This document shows positions 1-9,865 of a DNA stretch of 64,000 nt, piece after piece. Numbering within the stretch: the first letter of the stretch is position 1; the number at the start of each line of letters is the position of its first letter. The notes under the pieces are model-generated. The model was not told the origin of the DNA. It did no database searches and saw only the letters and a program-made list of their open reading frames with translations. The position numbers and the translations under genes were made by a program. Source of the DNA: Promethearchaeota archaeon (lineage in GTDB: Archaea > Asgardarchaeota > Hermodarchaeia > Hermodarchaeales > Hermodarchaeaceae); contig JBHLPH010000003.1 of assembly GCA_048939625.1 (NCBI GenBank), forward strand, positions 32,001-96,000, read 5' to 3'.

Positions 1-329
1 GAGTTTTGGGCACGTTCGCATAAAAAGCGCCCTAATGCGTCTCGAGTAATTTGAACTCCAACGGGCTGAGGGTAATCGATATGATGCATGGGTTGCCCAG
101 GTATTGAAAGTGATATTCCAGTTGTAATCCTTTCTGCGAGTTCGACCGGGATTTTACCTTCAGTTACACCTTCAGCTGTGAGGAATCCTCCACACGGTTT
201 CGTTTTTCCAGGAATCTGGTCTTTTTCAACTACCGCGACAGCATATCCCTGCTTTGCGATGATTTCCGATGCCAGTAGACCCGCGGGACCTGCGCCTACA
301 ATAACTGCATCATATCTTGACTCAACCAT
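1..329 (-). CDS. Geranylgeranyl reductase-family FAD-dependent oxidoreductase (5' part; runs off the window edge)
   Basis: Not in the ORF track. Manual translation from ATG at 329 gives MVESRYDAVIVGAGPAGLLASEIIAKQGYAVAVVEKDQIPGKTKPCGG: GxGxxG FAD-binding motif plus the KPCGG motif typical of the GGR family. Confidence 0.8.
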   Translation of the reverse strand, partial: MVESRYDAVIVGAGPAGLLASEIIAKQGYAVAVVEKDQIPGKTKPCGGFLTAEGVTEGKIPVELAERITTGISLSIPGQPMHHIDYPQPVGVQITRDALGRFLCERAQN

Positions 330-422
330 TGTAGGAGATTGTTAGGTGGTTAGGAATATAATCTTAACAGTTGAAGGTAAAGCCTAAAATTACTAATTGT
401 CCTCCAAGGAAGCGGTGTTTCT

Positions 423-971
423 ATGCGAATTACCGGATTAGAAGAAGAAAGGAAAGCAGTGTTAGATGTTGCTCGATTAATGCTGCTTGCAGCTCGGACA
501 GCACCAAAGGGTCGTGGTGACGATGATATCGAAACGATGATTTTGACAGGAAAAGAGAAGAATGCAGTTGCAAAAGAGATGTATAAGATATCTAAGGAGC
601 CTAATGATCACTGGACTCGAGATGCCAAGAATGTTGAGCAATGCCAGGCCTTATTTTTGATCGGACTCAAAGGACCAAAAACCTTGGGTACACAGTGCGG
701 AGCTTGTGGATATGAAAATTGTAGGCAAATGCTCAAAGTAGGAAGAAAAGAGGGGCAATTCTTTGCAGGACCCACATGTGTAATCAAGGCAATAGATTTA
801 GGAATTGCATTAGGAAGCGCGGTGAAGACCGCTCAAATTCATAATGTCGATAATCGAATCTTCTTCCGGGCAGGGGTCGCTGCTTACCGCCTGAAGCTCA
901 TACCTGAATCCACAATTATTATTGGCATTCCTTTAGCAGCTATGGGTAAGAGTCCATTTTTTGACAGGTGA
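423..971 (+). CDS. DUF2148-type ferredoxin-domain (4Fe-4S) protein
   Basis: AARTAPKGRG N-terminus, CGACGYENC cluster motif, DLGIALGSA and VDNRI motifs. Confidence 0.8.
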   Translation: MRITGLEEERKAVLDVARLMLLAARTAPKGRGDDDIETMILTGKEKNAVAKEMYKISKEPNDHWTRDAKNVEQCQALFLIGLKGPKTLGTQCGACGYENCRQMLKVGRKEGQFFAGPTCVIKAIDLGIALGSAVKTAQIHNVDNRIFFRAGVAAYRLKLIPESTIIIGIPLAAMGKSPFFDR

Positions 972-985
972 GATGAAAAAAGGAA

Positions 986-1111
986 TGGTAGCCCGTCGCG
1001 GATTCGAACCGCGGTCCCAAGGTTTCTCTCTCATTATAATTAATGGGTCCAGAGCCTCGGATGATTGACCAATGTGCATACTCACTTTGAAGTAATCTAC
1101 ACTAACGGGCT
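986..1111 (-). tRNA. tRNA-Gln(CUG) with two introns (D-loop 15/16 at ~1072-1096; canonical 37/38 at 1024-1048); CCA encoded
   Basis: Minus strand reads AGCCCGT TA GTGT AG[25 nt]TGGTCAATCAT C CGAGG CT CTG G[25 nt]A CCTTG GGAC CGCGG TTCGAAT CCGCG ACGGGCT A CCA. The A1-U72 pair is typical of archaeal tRNA-Gln; BHB central helices are GTGT:GCAC and CTCT:AGAG. Confidence 0.9.
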
Positions 1112-1135
1112 TCAGCGCAAAAAAGCGAGTTTGCC

Positions 1136-1405
1136 TTATTTAGTCTTTTTGCTTTTGGTTTTCGTTTCTTTCCTTGTGGATGGTTGTGGAACTTCTTTGG
1201 GTTCCTCTATTCGACTGATAAGTAATCCTGAATCGAGAAAAATTTTGAATTTGTGATCCTCATGTATGACCTCGAATGGAACAGGATACTGAGTTGCATC
1301 TTTTACTGCATCCGTTGTAACATAGAAGACCGCACGCTCACCACAAATTGGGCATTTGAGGGCTTTCCAGAATTTTCGAACAGATTCAGACATGGAATAT
1401 ATCAC
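1136..1405 (-). CDS. Small putative Zn-binding hypothetical protein
   Basis: CPIC...HEDH putative metal ligands, Lys-rich tail; lies directly downstream of prs on the same strand. Confidence 0.6.
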   Translation of the reverse strand: MIYSMSESVRKFWKALKCPICGERAVFYVTTDAVKDATQYPVPFEVIHEDHKFKIFLDSGLLISRIEEPKEVPQPSTRKETKTKSKKTK

Positions 1406-1408
1406 CAG

Positions 1409-2299
1409 TTATTTCAGATTCTCTATAGCGTTGGCAATTACAGGAGCAACTGATACATGACTTATTGCAGAGGGAACAGTATCTGTACCAACAACGTCTA
1501 GGGCCCCAGCTTCATAAATACGGACAAGCGCATTGAGGACCAGAAGAGGATGCGTACATGCAACGTAGATATTATTAGCGCCATTATCCTTCAGAACCCC
1601 GATTGCTTTGATGATAGTGTTTCCTGTACTGATAATATCGTCTACAATTAACACATCTCTCCCCTTGAGATCTAATCTACGGGGCTTAATTTCGACGGTT
1701 TCGGCATCGTGGCGTTTCTTCTCGAGAGCATCATAATCTACTGATAGTGCATCGGCTGCTGTTTTTGCCCATGCACCCGCTTCAGCGTCAGGTCCAATGA
1801 CTGCCGGATTTTGGAGGGTATGCTTCTTATTCATATAATTAGCAAGCTCAGCCATAGCCGTCAAATCATGCAAAGGAACAGTTGTAAGATTATCTTGATC
1901 AACAACTCGATGACGATGTGAATCGATCGTGAAAATGGAATCAGAGCCTGCAGCTTCAACGAGTCGACTGATGGTTTTTAGACTGATTGCTTCACCTGGC
2001 TTAAATCGTTCATCTTGTCTAGCATAGGCGAAATAGGGTAGAACCGTTATGACGCGTTTTGCTTTTAGGTCTTTAAGGGCATCAAGCATGAGAAAGAGTT
2101 CAATAAGGTGATCGTTTGGCTTCAGGGCAAGGGATTGAACCACAATAACCTCTTCTTTTGCGACTTCACTGAGAAATCTTACGTAGGTTTCACCATCAGG
2201 GAAATGCTTTATTTCGGTATTCAGGTATTTCGCTTTGAGTGCTTGAGCAACTTTCCAGGCAAGGAATTTTGAGGGGCTTCCGCTTGTAACTAAGACCAT
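1409..2299 (-). CDS. prs: Ribose-phosphate pyrophosphokinase
   Basis: FPDGE, PYFAYARQD and VDDIISTG (PRPP-binding) motifs; likely start MVLVTSG at 2299. Confidence 0.95.
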   Translation of the reverse strand: MVLVTSGSPSKFLAWKVAQALKAKYLNTEIKHFPDGETYVRFLSEVAKEEVIVVQSLALKPNDHLIELFLMLDALKDLKAKRVITVLPYFAYARQDERFKPGEAISLKTISRLVEAAGSDSIFTIDSHRHRVVDQDNLTTVPLHDLTAMAELANYMNKKHTLQNPAVIGPDAEAGAWAKTAADALSVDYDALEKKRHDAETVEIKPRRLDLKGRDVLIVDDIISTGNTIIKAIGVLKDNGANNIYVACTHPLLVLNALVRIYEAGALDVVGTDTVPSAISHVSVAPVIANAIENLK

Positions 2300-2390
2300 G
2301 GACGGTGTCCTCACGTGGCAATGCTTCTTAACTTTGACTAACTGCACATAAGCTTAGTGGAAGCCAGTTAGCATGCGGATAGACTATAGA

Positions 2391-3218
2391 TTACTTCGCA
2401 AGCATGGTTTCAAACCAGAGAACAAGAGCACGGAGTGCATCGTTAGAGAGTCGTTGTGAATATACTAGCACACTTCCAGCCTGATCGATTCGACAGGAAA
2501 GGGGGCGCCCGATTTGGTCGATTATTGGTGATATGAAACTGATGGCATGCAATGAAGCAGCGTTTTTCTGGATATCCTTGTATAAGCTTAATTTGTGTAA
2601 ATCACGGGCCCGAAGATTAACCTCGTCTAGCTCAGTTCCATTGATTTCGATGTTTCGAAATACTGCACGGACTAATTCACCTGGACCACCATTCGAATAA
2701 CTTGTAAGAGATCTAATGATTTTTTGCATTTTCCTGGAATCGATTTCAAAGGTGGATAATCGACCCGGATAACCAAGGACCGCAGAGGATAGAATCCAAG
2801 TAGCGGCATCAATTGCCCGACTGGGAATATCCATTATGAAACAAAATCCGGTTTCAGGACGCCATAGAATTGGTGCTGTGACCGTATAGGGAACAATGCG
2901 ATAACGCCTTTCGCGTCTCCCAAATTCAGGGATTTTTACCATCCGATCATAAGTGAGAGTTAGTTCGATAAAGGATGATGAAGCTTTTTGACATTGTAGG
3001 ACTGCATTAGGAAGAAGTTGTCCAACCCGACGGGTACTCATCCGACCACGTTTGAGTCCTGAAGAATCGGTATCTTCATCTGATCCTGCAGGTCCAACAA
3101 GATCTTCTAAACTAAATCGGATTTGAGTTAATTTTCGAGTAACTGGGACTATAGCTCGGGTTTCTGTAATATGGATAGCCTGCACGAAATACCTCCAACC
3201 ATTCAATATAATGTTCAA
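2391..3218 (-). CDS. Hypothetical protein
   Basis: 275-aa ORF with globular-looking composition; no family recognised. Confidence 0.6.
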   Translation of the reverse strand: MNIILNGWRYFVQAIHITETRAIVPVTRKLTQIRFSLEDLVGPAGSDEDTDSSGLKRGRMSTRRVGQLLPNAVLQCQKASSSFIELTLTYDRMVKIPEFGRRERRYRIVPYTVTAPILWRPETGFCFIMDIPSRAIDAATWILSSAVLGYPGRLSTFEIDSRKMQKIIRSLTSYSNGGPGELVRAVFRNIEINGTELDEVNLRARDLHKLSLYKDIQKNAASLHAISFISPIIDQIGRPLSCRIDQAGSVLVYSQRLSNDALRALVLWFETMLAK

Positions 3219-3334
3219 CTTCTATATATGTAAAAAAGCTGAGATTTTTGTCGCTTTTTATTTCTTGATTGGGAGGAAGGAATGATTCAAAAAGTACTGA
3301 TGAAGGATAAATCCACGTATCCGGAGGTTTACAA

Positions 3335-4093
3335 ATGGGACCAAAAGATGAAGAGCGAAAACGAGCTGTCATCACTCCTGATGAAGGTGAGCACCATCAT
3401 GGTCACTCCCATGGTCATAGTCATGGACATTCTCATCAGCCAAAGCCCGAAACAATCGATATTTCAGTAGAAGAAAATTTCATGGACCGGAATAAATCGC
3501 TAGCTCAGAAAAATCTTGAATATTTCAACAAACGGGGCATTCGTACCATTAACATACTGGGGAGTGTGGGGTCGGGAAAAACCTCACTGGTTGAAGCAAT
3601 TTCGCAGAAACTAGATCAACGTCGAGAGGAAATTCTTGTTATCGCAGGTGATGTCACAACTACTATCGATGCGGACCGAATCGCCAAACATGGAGTAAGG
3701 ACAATTCAAGTCAATACGGGTGTTGAGTGCCATCTCGATGCAAAATTAATTAAAAAGGCACTCGATTCAGCGAATTTAAGCAAAACAAAAATCATCATAA
3801 TAGAAAATGTTGGTAACCTTATCTGTCCTGCTGATTTCCCCTTGGGAAGCCACCTACGACTGGTAGTTGTCAGCGTAACAGAAGGCCCTTGGATGATTCA
3901 AAAGCACCCGGTCATGTTTCATGAAGCCGATATTCTGGTCATAAATAAAATCGATTTAGCCGATGTGATGGAAGTGGATGTTGATCAACTAGAACGCGAT
4001 GCTAAGCAAATTAACCCGAAACTTAAGGTCTTCCGAACAAGTGTTCGCAATGACATCGGCGTTGATGAGGTAATCAAGAATCTTGGCTTCTGA
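3335..4093 (+). CDS. hypB: Hydrogenase nickel incorporation GTPase HypB
   Basis: His-rich N-terminus (HHHGHSHGHSHGHSH), GSGKT, CHLDA, ENVGNLICPADF, NKID. Confidence 0.95.
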   Translation: MGPKDEERKRAVITPDEGEHHHGHSHGHSHGHSHQPKPETIDISVEENFMDRNKSLAQKNLEYFNKRGIRTINILGSVGSGKTSLVEAISQKLDQRREEILVIAGDVTTTIDADRIAKHGVRTIQVNTGVECHLDAKLIKKALDSANLSKTKIIIIENVGNLICPADFPLGSHLRLVVVSVTEGPWMIQKHPVMFHEADILVINKIDLADVMEVDVDQLERDAKQINPKLKVFRTSVRNDIGVDEVIKNLGF

Positions 4094-4106
4094 AGGCTAC
4101 TTGTTT

Positions 4107-4503
4107 TTAGCCAAAACCAAGCATTTTTTCTAGCCTGGCAGCTGTTCGTTTAAGCTCAAGCAGTAGTGGTCCTAAACGCGCGTTTTTTTCAGTAATGAAC
4201 AGAACAACGGCTAACGGTCCACTATATCGGAGAAGAATGTAGCCCTGGTCACATTTAACATAGATGTTGTCCAATTCGCCTTTGTTGAGATTATCCATGG
4301 TTGTAGATCCAATTGAGAGCATTGACGAGGCTAAGGCAGCTAGTTCAGCTTCCTCAATTTTCGCATCAACTGCACTTGCCATGGGGAGGCCGTCAGTTGA
4401 GACAACAGCCACGCCTTGAATGCCATCGACACTTTGCTCCGCCTCCCGGAGTATCTGCATAATCGCTTCCATTGGATCCTCGATATCGGGTGGCTCAGTC
4501 ATA
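4107..4503 (-). CDS. Roadblock/LC7 domain protein
   Basis: GIQGVAVVSTDGLPMAS...LAALASSML...G.LD.IYV...GYILL pattern, ~130 aa. Confidence 0.9.
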
Positions 4504-4572
4504 GACAACACGGAAACGGGCTGATATTAGCATTAACACTTGATTCGACTCCCTAAAAACCTGCGCTAGACT

Positions 4573-5337
4573 TTAGGATTGCTGTATCCATCCTAAATTC
4601 TTCACAGTCAGTAATAATCGCTGCGTAATTGGGAGCGCCACAAGAATTCCGACCATGACTTGCATGAAATTGAATGGTAATTCTACGATAGCAGCATATT
4701 GGAAGATGAAGAATTCATAGAGGAAGTAGCCTGTCATCATGAAAAGACCACCGAGAAGCATAGCCGTTACATTCCAGGCGGCTTTGGCATCGTATTTAAG
4801 CGTTAGAAAAATGGTCATGGATCCAAGAAAGATTGCTAAGATAAACCAAACCCAAGAGGGGAGGAAAAAGGGGATTTCCCACCAAGGGCTTCCCCATAGA
4901 GCAAGTTCTCCGCTAAAACGGAGAACCCCAATTATCACCATACAAAGTGCTAATCCCAAACCTAAGCCAATTCCAAGGTACCGTAATTGCTTGGGTTCAA
5001 TGCGATCTCTTAAAGCCCAACTTAAGTAACCGACAATAAATCCTTCAAGACCTTTGATAATTAGAGTCCCGGGAGCATAGTGGGCATATCCAGTGGCTAA
5101 ATCTGCAATCATTGATCCAACGCCTCCTGCGAAGCTTCCGATAATTGGACCAAAAAGTATCGCAGTGATATAGACTCCGACTTCACCCAAATTGAAGTAC
5201 CCTTGGGTTGCAGGGACTGCGATCTGAAACGACACAGTTAGTACAGCTATTAAAGCCGTCATCAAAGCGGTAAGAGAAAGTAGAAGTGTGTTGGGCATTT
5301 GAGGAAGTAAAGATGAAATCCGTTTCATCATTCTCAC
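4573..5337 (-). CDS. ECF transporter S component (possibly for pantothenate/pantoate)
   Basis: GYFNLGE, AILFGP, GGVGSMIADL, YAPGTLIIKG motifs; multi-TM; downstream of a pantoate kinase paralog. Confidence 0.85.
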   Translation of the reverse strand: MRMMKRISSLLPQMPNTLLLSLTALMTALIAVLTVSFQIAVPATQGYFNLGEVGVYITAILFGPIIGSFAGGVGSMIADLATGYAHYAPGTLIIKGLEGFIVGYLSWALRDRIEPKQLRYLGIGLGLGLALCMVIIGVLRFSGELALWGSPWWEIPFFLPSWVWFILAIFLGSMTIFLTLKYDAKAAWNVTAMLLGGLFMMTGYFLYEFFIFQYAAIVELPFNFMQVMVGILVALPITQRLLLTVKNLGWIQQS

Positions 5338-5364
5338 TTCTGTGTGCTACAAGACAACCCTCAC

Positions 5365-6291
5365 TTATGTATATCTTGGTCCAACCGGAAATACCCTTGA
5401 AACAAGAATTGAATTTGGAGGAACTAGGTGTTCCAATGACTCGGTTACAGAATCAACTGAATCCACGTGCACTAATGCGTGAAACGCTTCACCAATCATA
5501 TTCTGTGTAGCCCCAACAGCTCCGGCTTCTTGGACTCTTTCTAACACATTAGCCACACGAGGAGTTAGGAAGCCAACTTTCCTTGCGAATCCAAGACAGC
5601 GACGCATAAAATGAGCTGGGCTTGGATTTTCTTGAACCTGGTTTAACACCCTTTGACCTTCACGATTAACAACTTGTAATGCTTTCTTTGAAAAGATAAT
5701 ATTGGCCTTTGATATTGGAGCAAAGCTAGCTGTCACAATTCGATACGTAGGATCGAGGGGAATCCAATCCACTCTGTCATAACCTGGTGCTCCTGGTTCA
5801 AGGATTAGAATCATCCCCCCGCGAATGACTCCACTAACACTTCCAAGCCCAGTTGCACATCGAATTTCAGCAAAATGTGCAAACTCTCCGATTCTGTTTA
5901 AGGTGAGATTTAGTTCTAGTGCTCTATTTAGGGCCATGGCTGTACTGACTGCACCCGCAGCACTTGCACCATAACCCGCACCAATTGGAACTTCCACTTT
6001 ATGATGAACCTGGAGCCTGTATGGTGTCCCAAGGGTGCAAAGGAGCAACTGACAAACGTCTTGAGTTACTTTTGCCTCCGGGGCTATTTGCCCATTAATG
6101 GTAACCTCAACCTGGTTTGTGCTTGCTGGCGTAACAGTGATTTGAGTGTAGACCCCCTTTTCCAGAATGAATCCACCACCTCGAGCTCCTATTCTACAAG
6201 CGCCTTCCATTGTAGTAGGAGGTGACTCTGTGGCTACGGCTTGAAAGAAGCTCGATATTCCTGCAGGACAAAAAGCTGATGCACTGGTCAT
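5365..6291 (-). CDS. Pantoate kinase-like GHMP kinase (paralog 1)
   Basis: AFCPAGISSFF, PIGAGYGASAA (GHMP), AHFAEIRCATGLG, NMIGE. Confidence 0.85.
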   Translation of the reverse strand: MTSASAFCPAGISSFFQAVATESPPTTMEGACRIGARGGGFILEKGVYTQITVTPASTNQVEVTINGQIAPEAKVTQDVCQLLLCTLGTPYRLQVHHKVEVPIGAGYGASAAGAVSTAMALNRALELNLTLNRIGEFAHFAEIRCATGLGSVSGVIRGGMILILEPGAPGYDRVDWIPLDPTYRIVTASFAPISKANIIFSKKALQVVNREGQRVLNQVQENPSPAHFMRRCLGFARKVGFLTPRVANVLERVQEAGAVGATQNMIGEAFHALVHVDSVDSVTESLEHLVPPNSILVSRVFPVGPRYT

Positions 6292-6472
6292 ACAATGTAA
6301 GCATTCAGTGACATTGCTTCTTTAAGCTAATGGCGCCAAAAGGATTTATTTCATGTAAAAATGAGTATAGAATTTAAATTCTTTAAATATGGGTTGCAGA
6401 ATATTTATTTTCTCAAGTAACGTCACGCGACCTACAAAGTTACTCTAATATCCACGGCAGTAGGATCCAACA

Positions 6473-7390
6473 ATGAAAATAGCGCGCGCCTTTTCCCCTG
6501 GTCATATCACAGGTTTCTTCCAGATTTGTGACGAATCAGAGAACCTTCTAGAAAAGGGATCGCGAGGTGCTGGTGTGTCTTTATGCAGAGGCGTCATAAC
6601 CACAGTTGAAGCCAAACCAACAAAGGCTACAAAAATCAGGATAGAAATTAATGGCGACGCTTCCTCTCCTGCACCTGTATCTGAAACCGTCGCAACTCGT
6701 TTTCTTGAATGTGCGCCTAGTCCCCAGTATGATATCCGTATTAGTCATCAGGTTGATTTACCCATTGGTTCAGGGTTTGGTACTAGTGGAGCAGGAGCCC
6801 TCAGTTTAGCTTTAGCGTTAAATCAGGCAATTGGAACTGGGTTGTCTAAACTTGAAGTAGCCAAAATTGCACACATCGCAGAAGTCCAACATCGCACAGG
6901 GCTAGGAACTGTAATTTCTGAACTTGTTGGAGGAATAGAAATACGGACTGCGGCAGGTGCCCCTGGGATAGGTCAGGTGGAAACTTTACCCGTTAATGAA
7001 CAGTATAGGGTGATGTGTCTACATTTTGGACCAATCCCTACCTCCATACACCTAAACAATCTAAATTCTCGCAAGCTCATTAATGAAAGAGGCGGGTTAC
7101 TCACTGATGCCCTACGAGCGAGTCCGACAGTATCTAACTTCATGGAGTATGCACGTAATTTTGCCAAGCATATCGGTATAATCACCAAACGTGTTGAAAC
7201 AGTGCTTCATGAGGCAGACCAAGTTGGGATTGTTTGTAGCTCAGCGATATTTGGTGAAACCGCCTTCACGATATTACCAATAGATCAGATTCAGGACCTA
7301 ACAAGGATATTTGAGCGTCACCAAGTTTCTGGAGAAGCGCTAATGGTTATGGAAATTGACTCTGAAGGAGCAAGAGTATTAGATGCATGA
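6473..7390 (+). CDS. Pantoate kinase (paralog 2, first gene of the CoA operon)
   Basis: AFSPGHITGFF, GSRGAG, PIGSGFGTSGA, AHIAEV...TGLG; overlaps the start of phosphopantothenate synthetase. Confidence 0.9.
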   Translation: MKIARAFSPGHITGFFQICDESENLLEKGSRGAGVSLCRGVITTVEAKPTKATKIRIEINGDASSPAPVSETVATRFLECAPSPQYDIRISHQVDLPIGSGFGTSGAGALSLALALNQAIGTGLSKLEVAKIAHIAEVQHRTGLGTVISELVGGIEIRTAAGAPGIGQVETLPVNEQYRVMCLHFGPIPTSIHLNNLNSRKLINERGGLLTDALRASPTVSNFMEYARNFAKHIGIITKRVETVLHEADQVGIVCSSAIFGETAFTILPIDQIQDLTRIFERHQVSGEALMVMEIDSEGARVLDA

Positions 7391-8183
7391 ATATAAAGTG
7401 TCCCCCCGGCACCCAAGAGCCGTATCCCTACGGACTAGGGCAAAACTCGTCCAGGGTTTTGAAATCGGAGTAACATCGACTTTTGGTCTCTTTGCCCATG
7501 GCAGAGGAGAAGCCTTCGATTATCTCGTAGGGGAAATAACCACAGAAAATGCAAAACACGCCATTAAGGCTGCAGCAGCTAGGCTTTTGTTGGGCCACAA
7601 TTCTGTGTTATCAATAAACGGGAATGTGGCAGCACTCGTTCCAGACGAATTAATAAAACTCGAAAAGGTATCAGGCGCGAAATTAGAAATTAATTTGTAC
7701 CACCGATCAGAGGAGCGGGAAGCGGCGATTGAGCAGGTTCTCAAAAACGCTGGTGCTAAGGAAATCTATGGTATCGATCCTTTATATCACGAAACAATTC
7801 CTGAAATCCATAGCGAACGGCGCGTCGTTGATCATCGAGGCCTATTCATTGCAGATGTGGCTTTTGTTCCTCTGGAGGATGGTGATCGGACCGAGGGCCT
7901 GGTCCGACTAGGCAAACAGGTTATTACAGTAGACTTGAATCCACTTTCACGAACGGCGCAGATGGCAAACATCACGATAGTCGATAATATTGTTCGAGCT
8001 ATGCCCTTATTGATAAAAGCTGTGAAAAAACTTCGGAAAGAATCCGAAAAAGCTCTTCAGAGTATTCTAAGTGATTTCAATAATCAACAAAACTTGGCAG
8101 AAGCGATTCTACAAATTAACGACCGATTATCAAAACTAGCAGAAAAACAAAATCACGATAAACAGGGGGGAATACCAACATGA
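7383..8183 (+). CDS. 4-phosphopantoate--beta-alanine ligase (phosphopantothenate synthetase)
   Basis: HPR..SL..R, AHGRGEAFDYL.GE, SINGN, VPLEDGDR, DLNPLSRT. Confidence 0.95.
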   Translation: MHEYKVSPRHPRAVSLRTRAKLVQGFEIGVTSTFGLFAHGRGEAFDYLVGEITTENAKHAIKAAAARLLLGHNSVLSINGNVAALVPDELIKLEKVSGAKLEINLYHRSEEREAAIEQVLKNAGAKEIYGIDPLYHETIPEIHSERRVVDHRGLFIADVAFVPLEDGDRTEGLVRLGKQVITVDLNPLSRTAQMANITIVDNIVRAMPLLIKAVKKLRKESEKALQSILSDFNNQQNLAEAILQINDRLSKLAEKQNHDKQGGIPT

Positions 8184-9070
8184 TATTTGAACAAGTGATT
8201 GTTCTAGGAGCAGGGTCCATCGGTTCCGTTTATGGCGCACTGCTATCTCAGAATAACACAGTTACATTAGTCGGCAGACCTGCACACATGAACGCGATTC
8301 AGGACCACGGTTTGCATATCGAGGGCGATAAATCGGGTACTTACCAAATGGGAACAGCAACGAAGATTTCCAGCATCCCTCCAAAAACGCTTCTTCTAGT
8401 CACTGTGAAAGCCCATCAATTATATGATGCCCTTTCTCCCATTCGGTCCCTGATTCAAAAGGACACGGTCATATTACTTTTACAAAATGGATTGGGAATT
8501 GAGGCAGCTGTTCACAAAATTTTGGCATCTAGGGGCCTTTTAACTCGGGGAATCGTGGCTTTTGGAGCTGAGCTTCTTGAACCTGGACGAATCCATGTAC
8601 GATTGGGCTTTACCATCATGAATTCTGATGAACTTTCTAAGCAAACCTTACAGTTTCTTAATGATTCAGGAGTTCAAGGTATAAATTCGGAGAATTTTCA
8701 AACTGATATTTGGAGAAAAGCAACAATCAATTGCGTCGCGAATCCATTAAGCGCTATTCTTCGAACAGAAACAAAGGAGCTCGTATCACCCAAACTTACT
8801 CTAATTCGCCAGAAAATCGTTGAGGAATGCATTGAGGTTGGAAAAGCAGAAGGCATTGAAATCGATTTGAGTTTGCTCCAGATAATGGAAACGCAATTCC
8901 CAAGTTTTGAAAATCGAACCTCAATGCTTCAAGATATTCTGCATGGACGACAAACCGAAATTGACTTTCTAAATGGAAAAATCGTGGAGTTGGGTAAGCA
9001 CCACAAAATTGCAACACCGGTCAACGAAACAATCACACAATTGATTCGATTCTTGGAGAGACAAACATGA
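8180..9070 (+). CDS. panE: 2-dehydropantoate 2-reductase
   Basis: GAGSIG, LQNGLG, WRKATINC..N, SMLQD...GRQTEIDFLNG. Confidence 0.93.
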   Translation: MIFEQVIVLGAGSIGSVYGALLSQNNTVTLVGRPAHMNAIQDHGLHIEGDKSGTYQMGTATKISSIPPKTLLLVTVKAHQLYDALSPIRSLIQKDTVILLLQNGLGIEAAVHKILASRGLLTRGIVAFGAELLEPGRIHVRLGFTIMNSDELSKQTLQFLNDSGVQGINSENFQTDIWRKATINCVANPLSAILRTETKELVSPKLTLIRQKIVEECIEVGKAEGIEIDLSLLQIMETQFPSFENRTSMLQDILHGRQTEIDFLNGKIVELGKHHKIATPVNETITQLIRFLERQT

Positions 9071-9840
9071 TGACGATTGATGAAATTCGTGCAATGAAAG
9101 GAAAAACCAAGGTCACTATGCTCACTGCCTATGATTACCAAATAGCAAGAATCCTTGATGCGGCAAATGTTGACCTAATCCTCGTGGGCGATAGCCTTGG
9201 AATGGTCTTCCAAGGAAACCCGGATACTAAACAGGTTTCCATGGAAGCTATGATTTATCACACACGGGCTGTTGCTAAAGGCGCGAAAAATACCTTCATC
9301 ATTGCAGATATGCCGATTCATAGTTACGACACTCCCAAACAAGCATTAACAAACGCCAAAGAACTATGCAAGGTTGGAGCGCAAGCAGTAAAAATCGAAG
9401 GAAACCAAACTGAAGTGATTGAAATGCTTGTTGCCAATAACATCCCAGTTATGGGCCATGTTGGACTTTTACCACAATCTGCGGAGAAATTCCGAGTTCA
9501 AGGAAAAACACCTGAACAGGCTGATCGCATTTGGCGTGATGCGTTGGAACTTGATAAACTGGGAGTCTTTGCAATTGTTGTGGAATGCGTACCTGAGTGG
9601 TTAGCAAAAAAGGTCACACACGATGTGAAGGTGCCAACAATTGGGATTGGCGCAGGAAAATACTGCGATGGACAGGTTCTGGTTATTACTGAACTTCTTG
9701 GAATGGCTAGTAACGATCATCTTCCCAAATTCGTAAAGCAATATGCAAGTCTAGACAACATCATTAAGCAGGCTGTGAAAGAATTCATGAACGAGATTCA
9801 AACAGGTAAATATCCAGATAAGCAACATACCTATCATTAA
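9067..9840 (+). CDS. panB: 3-methyl-2-oxobutanoate hydroxymethyltransferase
   Basis: MLTAYD, LVGDSLGM, VKIEG, MGHVGLLPQ, PTIGIGAG..CDGQVLV. Confidence 0.97.
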   Translation: MMTIDEIRAMKGKTKVTMLTAYDYQIARILDAANVDLILVGDSLGMVFQGNPDTKQVSMEAMIYHTRAVAKGAKNTFIIADMPIHSYDTPKQALTNAKELCKVGAQAVKIEGNQTEVIEMLVANNIPVMGHVGLLPQSAEKFRVQGKTPEQADRIWRDALELDKLGVFAIVVECVPEWLAKKVTHDVKVPTIGIGAGKYCDGQVLVITELLGMASNDHLPKFVKQYASLDNIIKQAVKEFMNEIQTGKYPDKQHTYH

Positions 9841-9865
9841 GATTGCCATGAAATGAAACACGAGT

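Noticed and set aside
88-345. 85-aa plus-strand ORF
   Set aside because: It is the antisense shadow of the minus-strand GGR-family gene (1-329).
1065-1256. 63-aa plus-strand ORF
   Set aside because: It overlaps tRNA-Gln and a better minus-strand ORF.
3391-3437. CATGGTCAC-like short repeats
   Set aside because: They encode the His-rich Ni-binding tract of HypB and are not a DNA repeat element or CRISPR.
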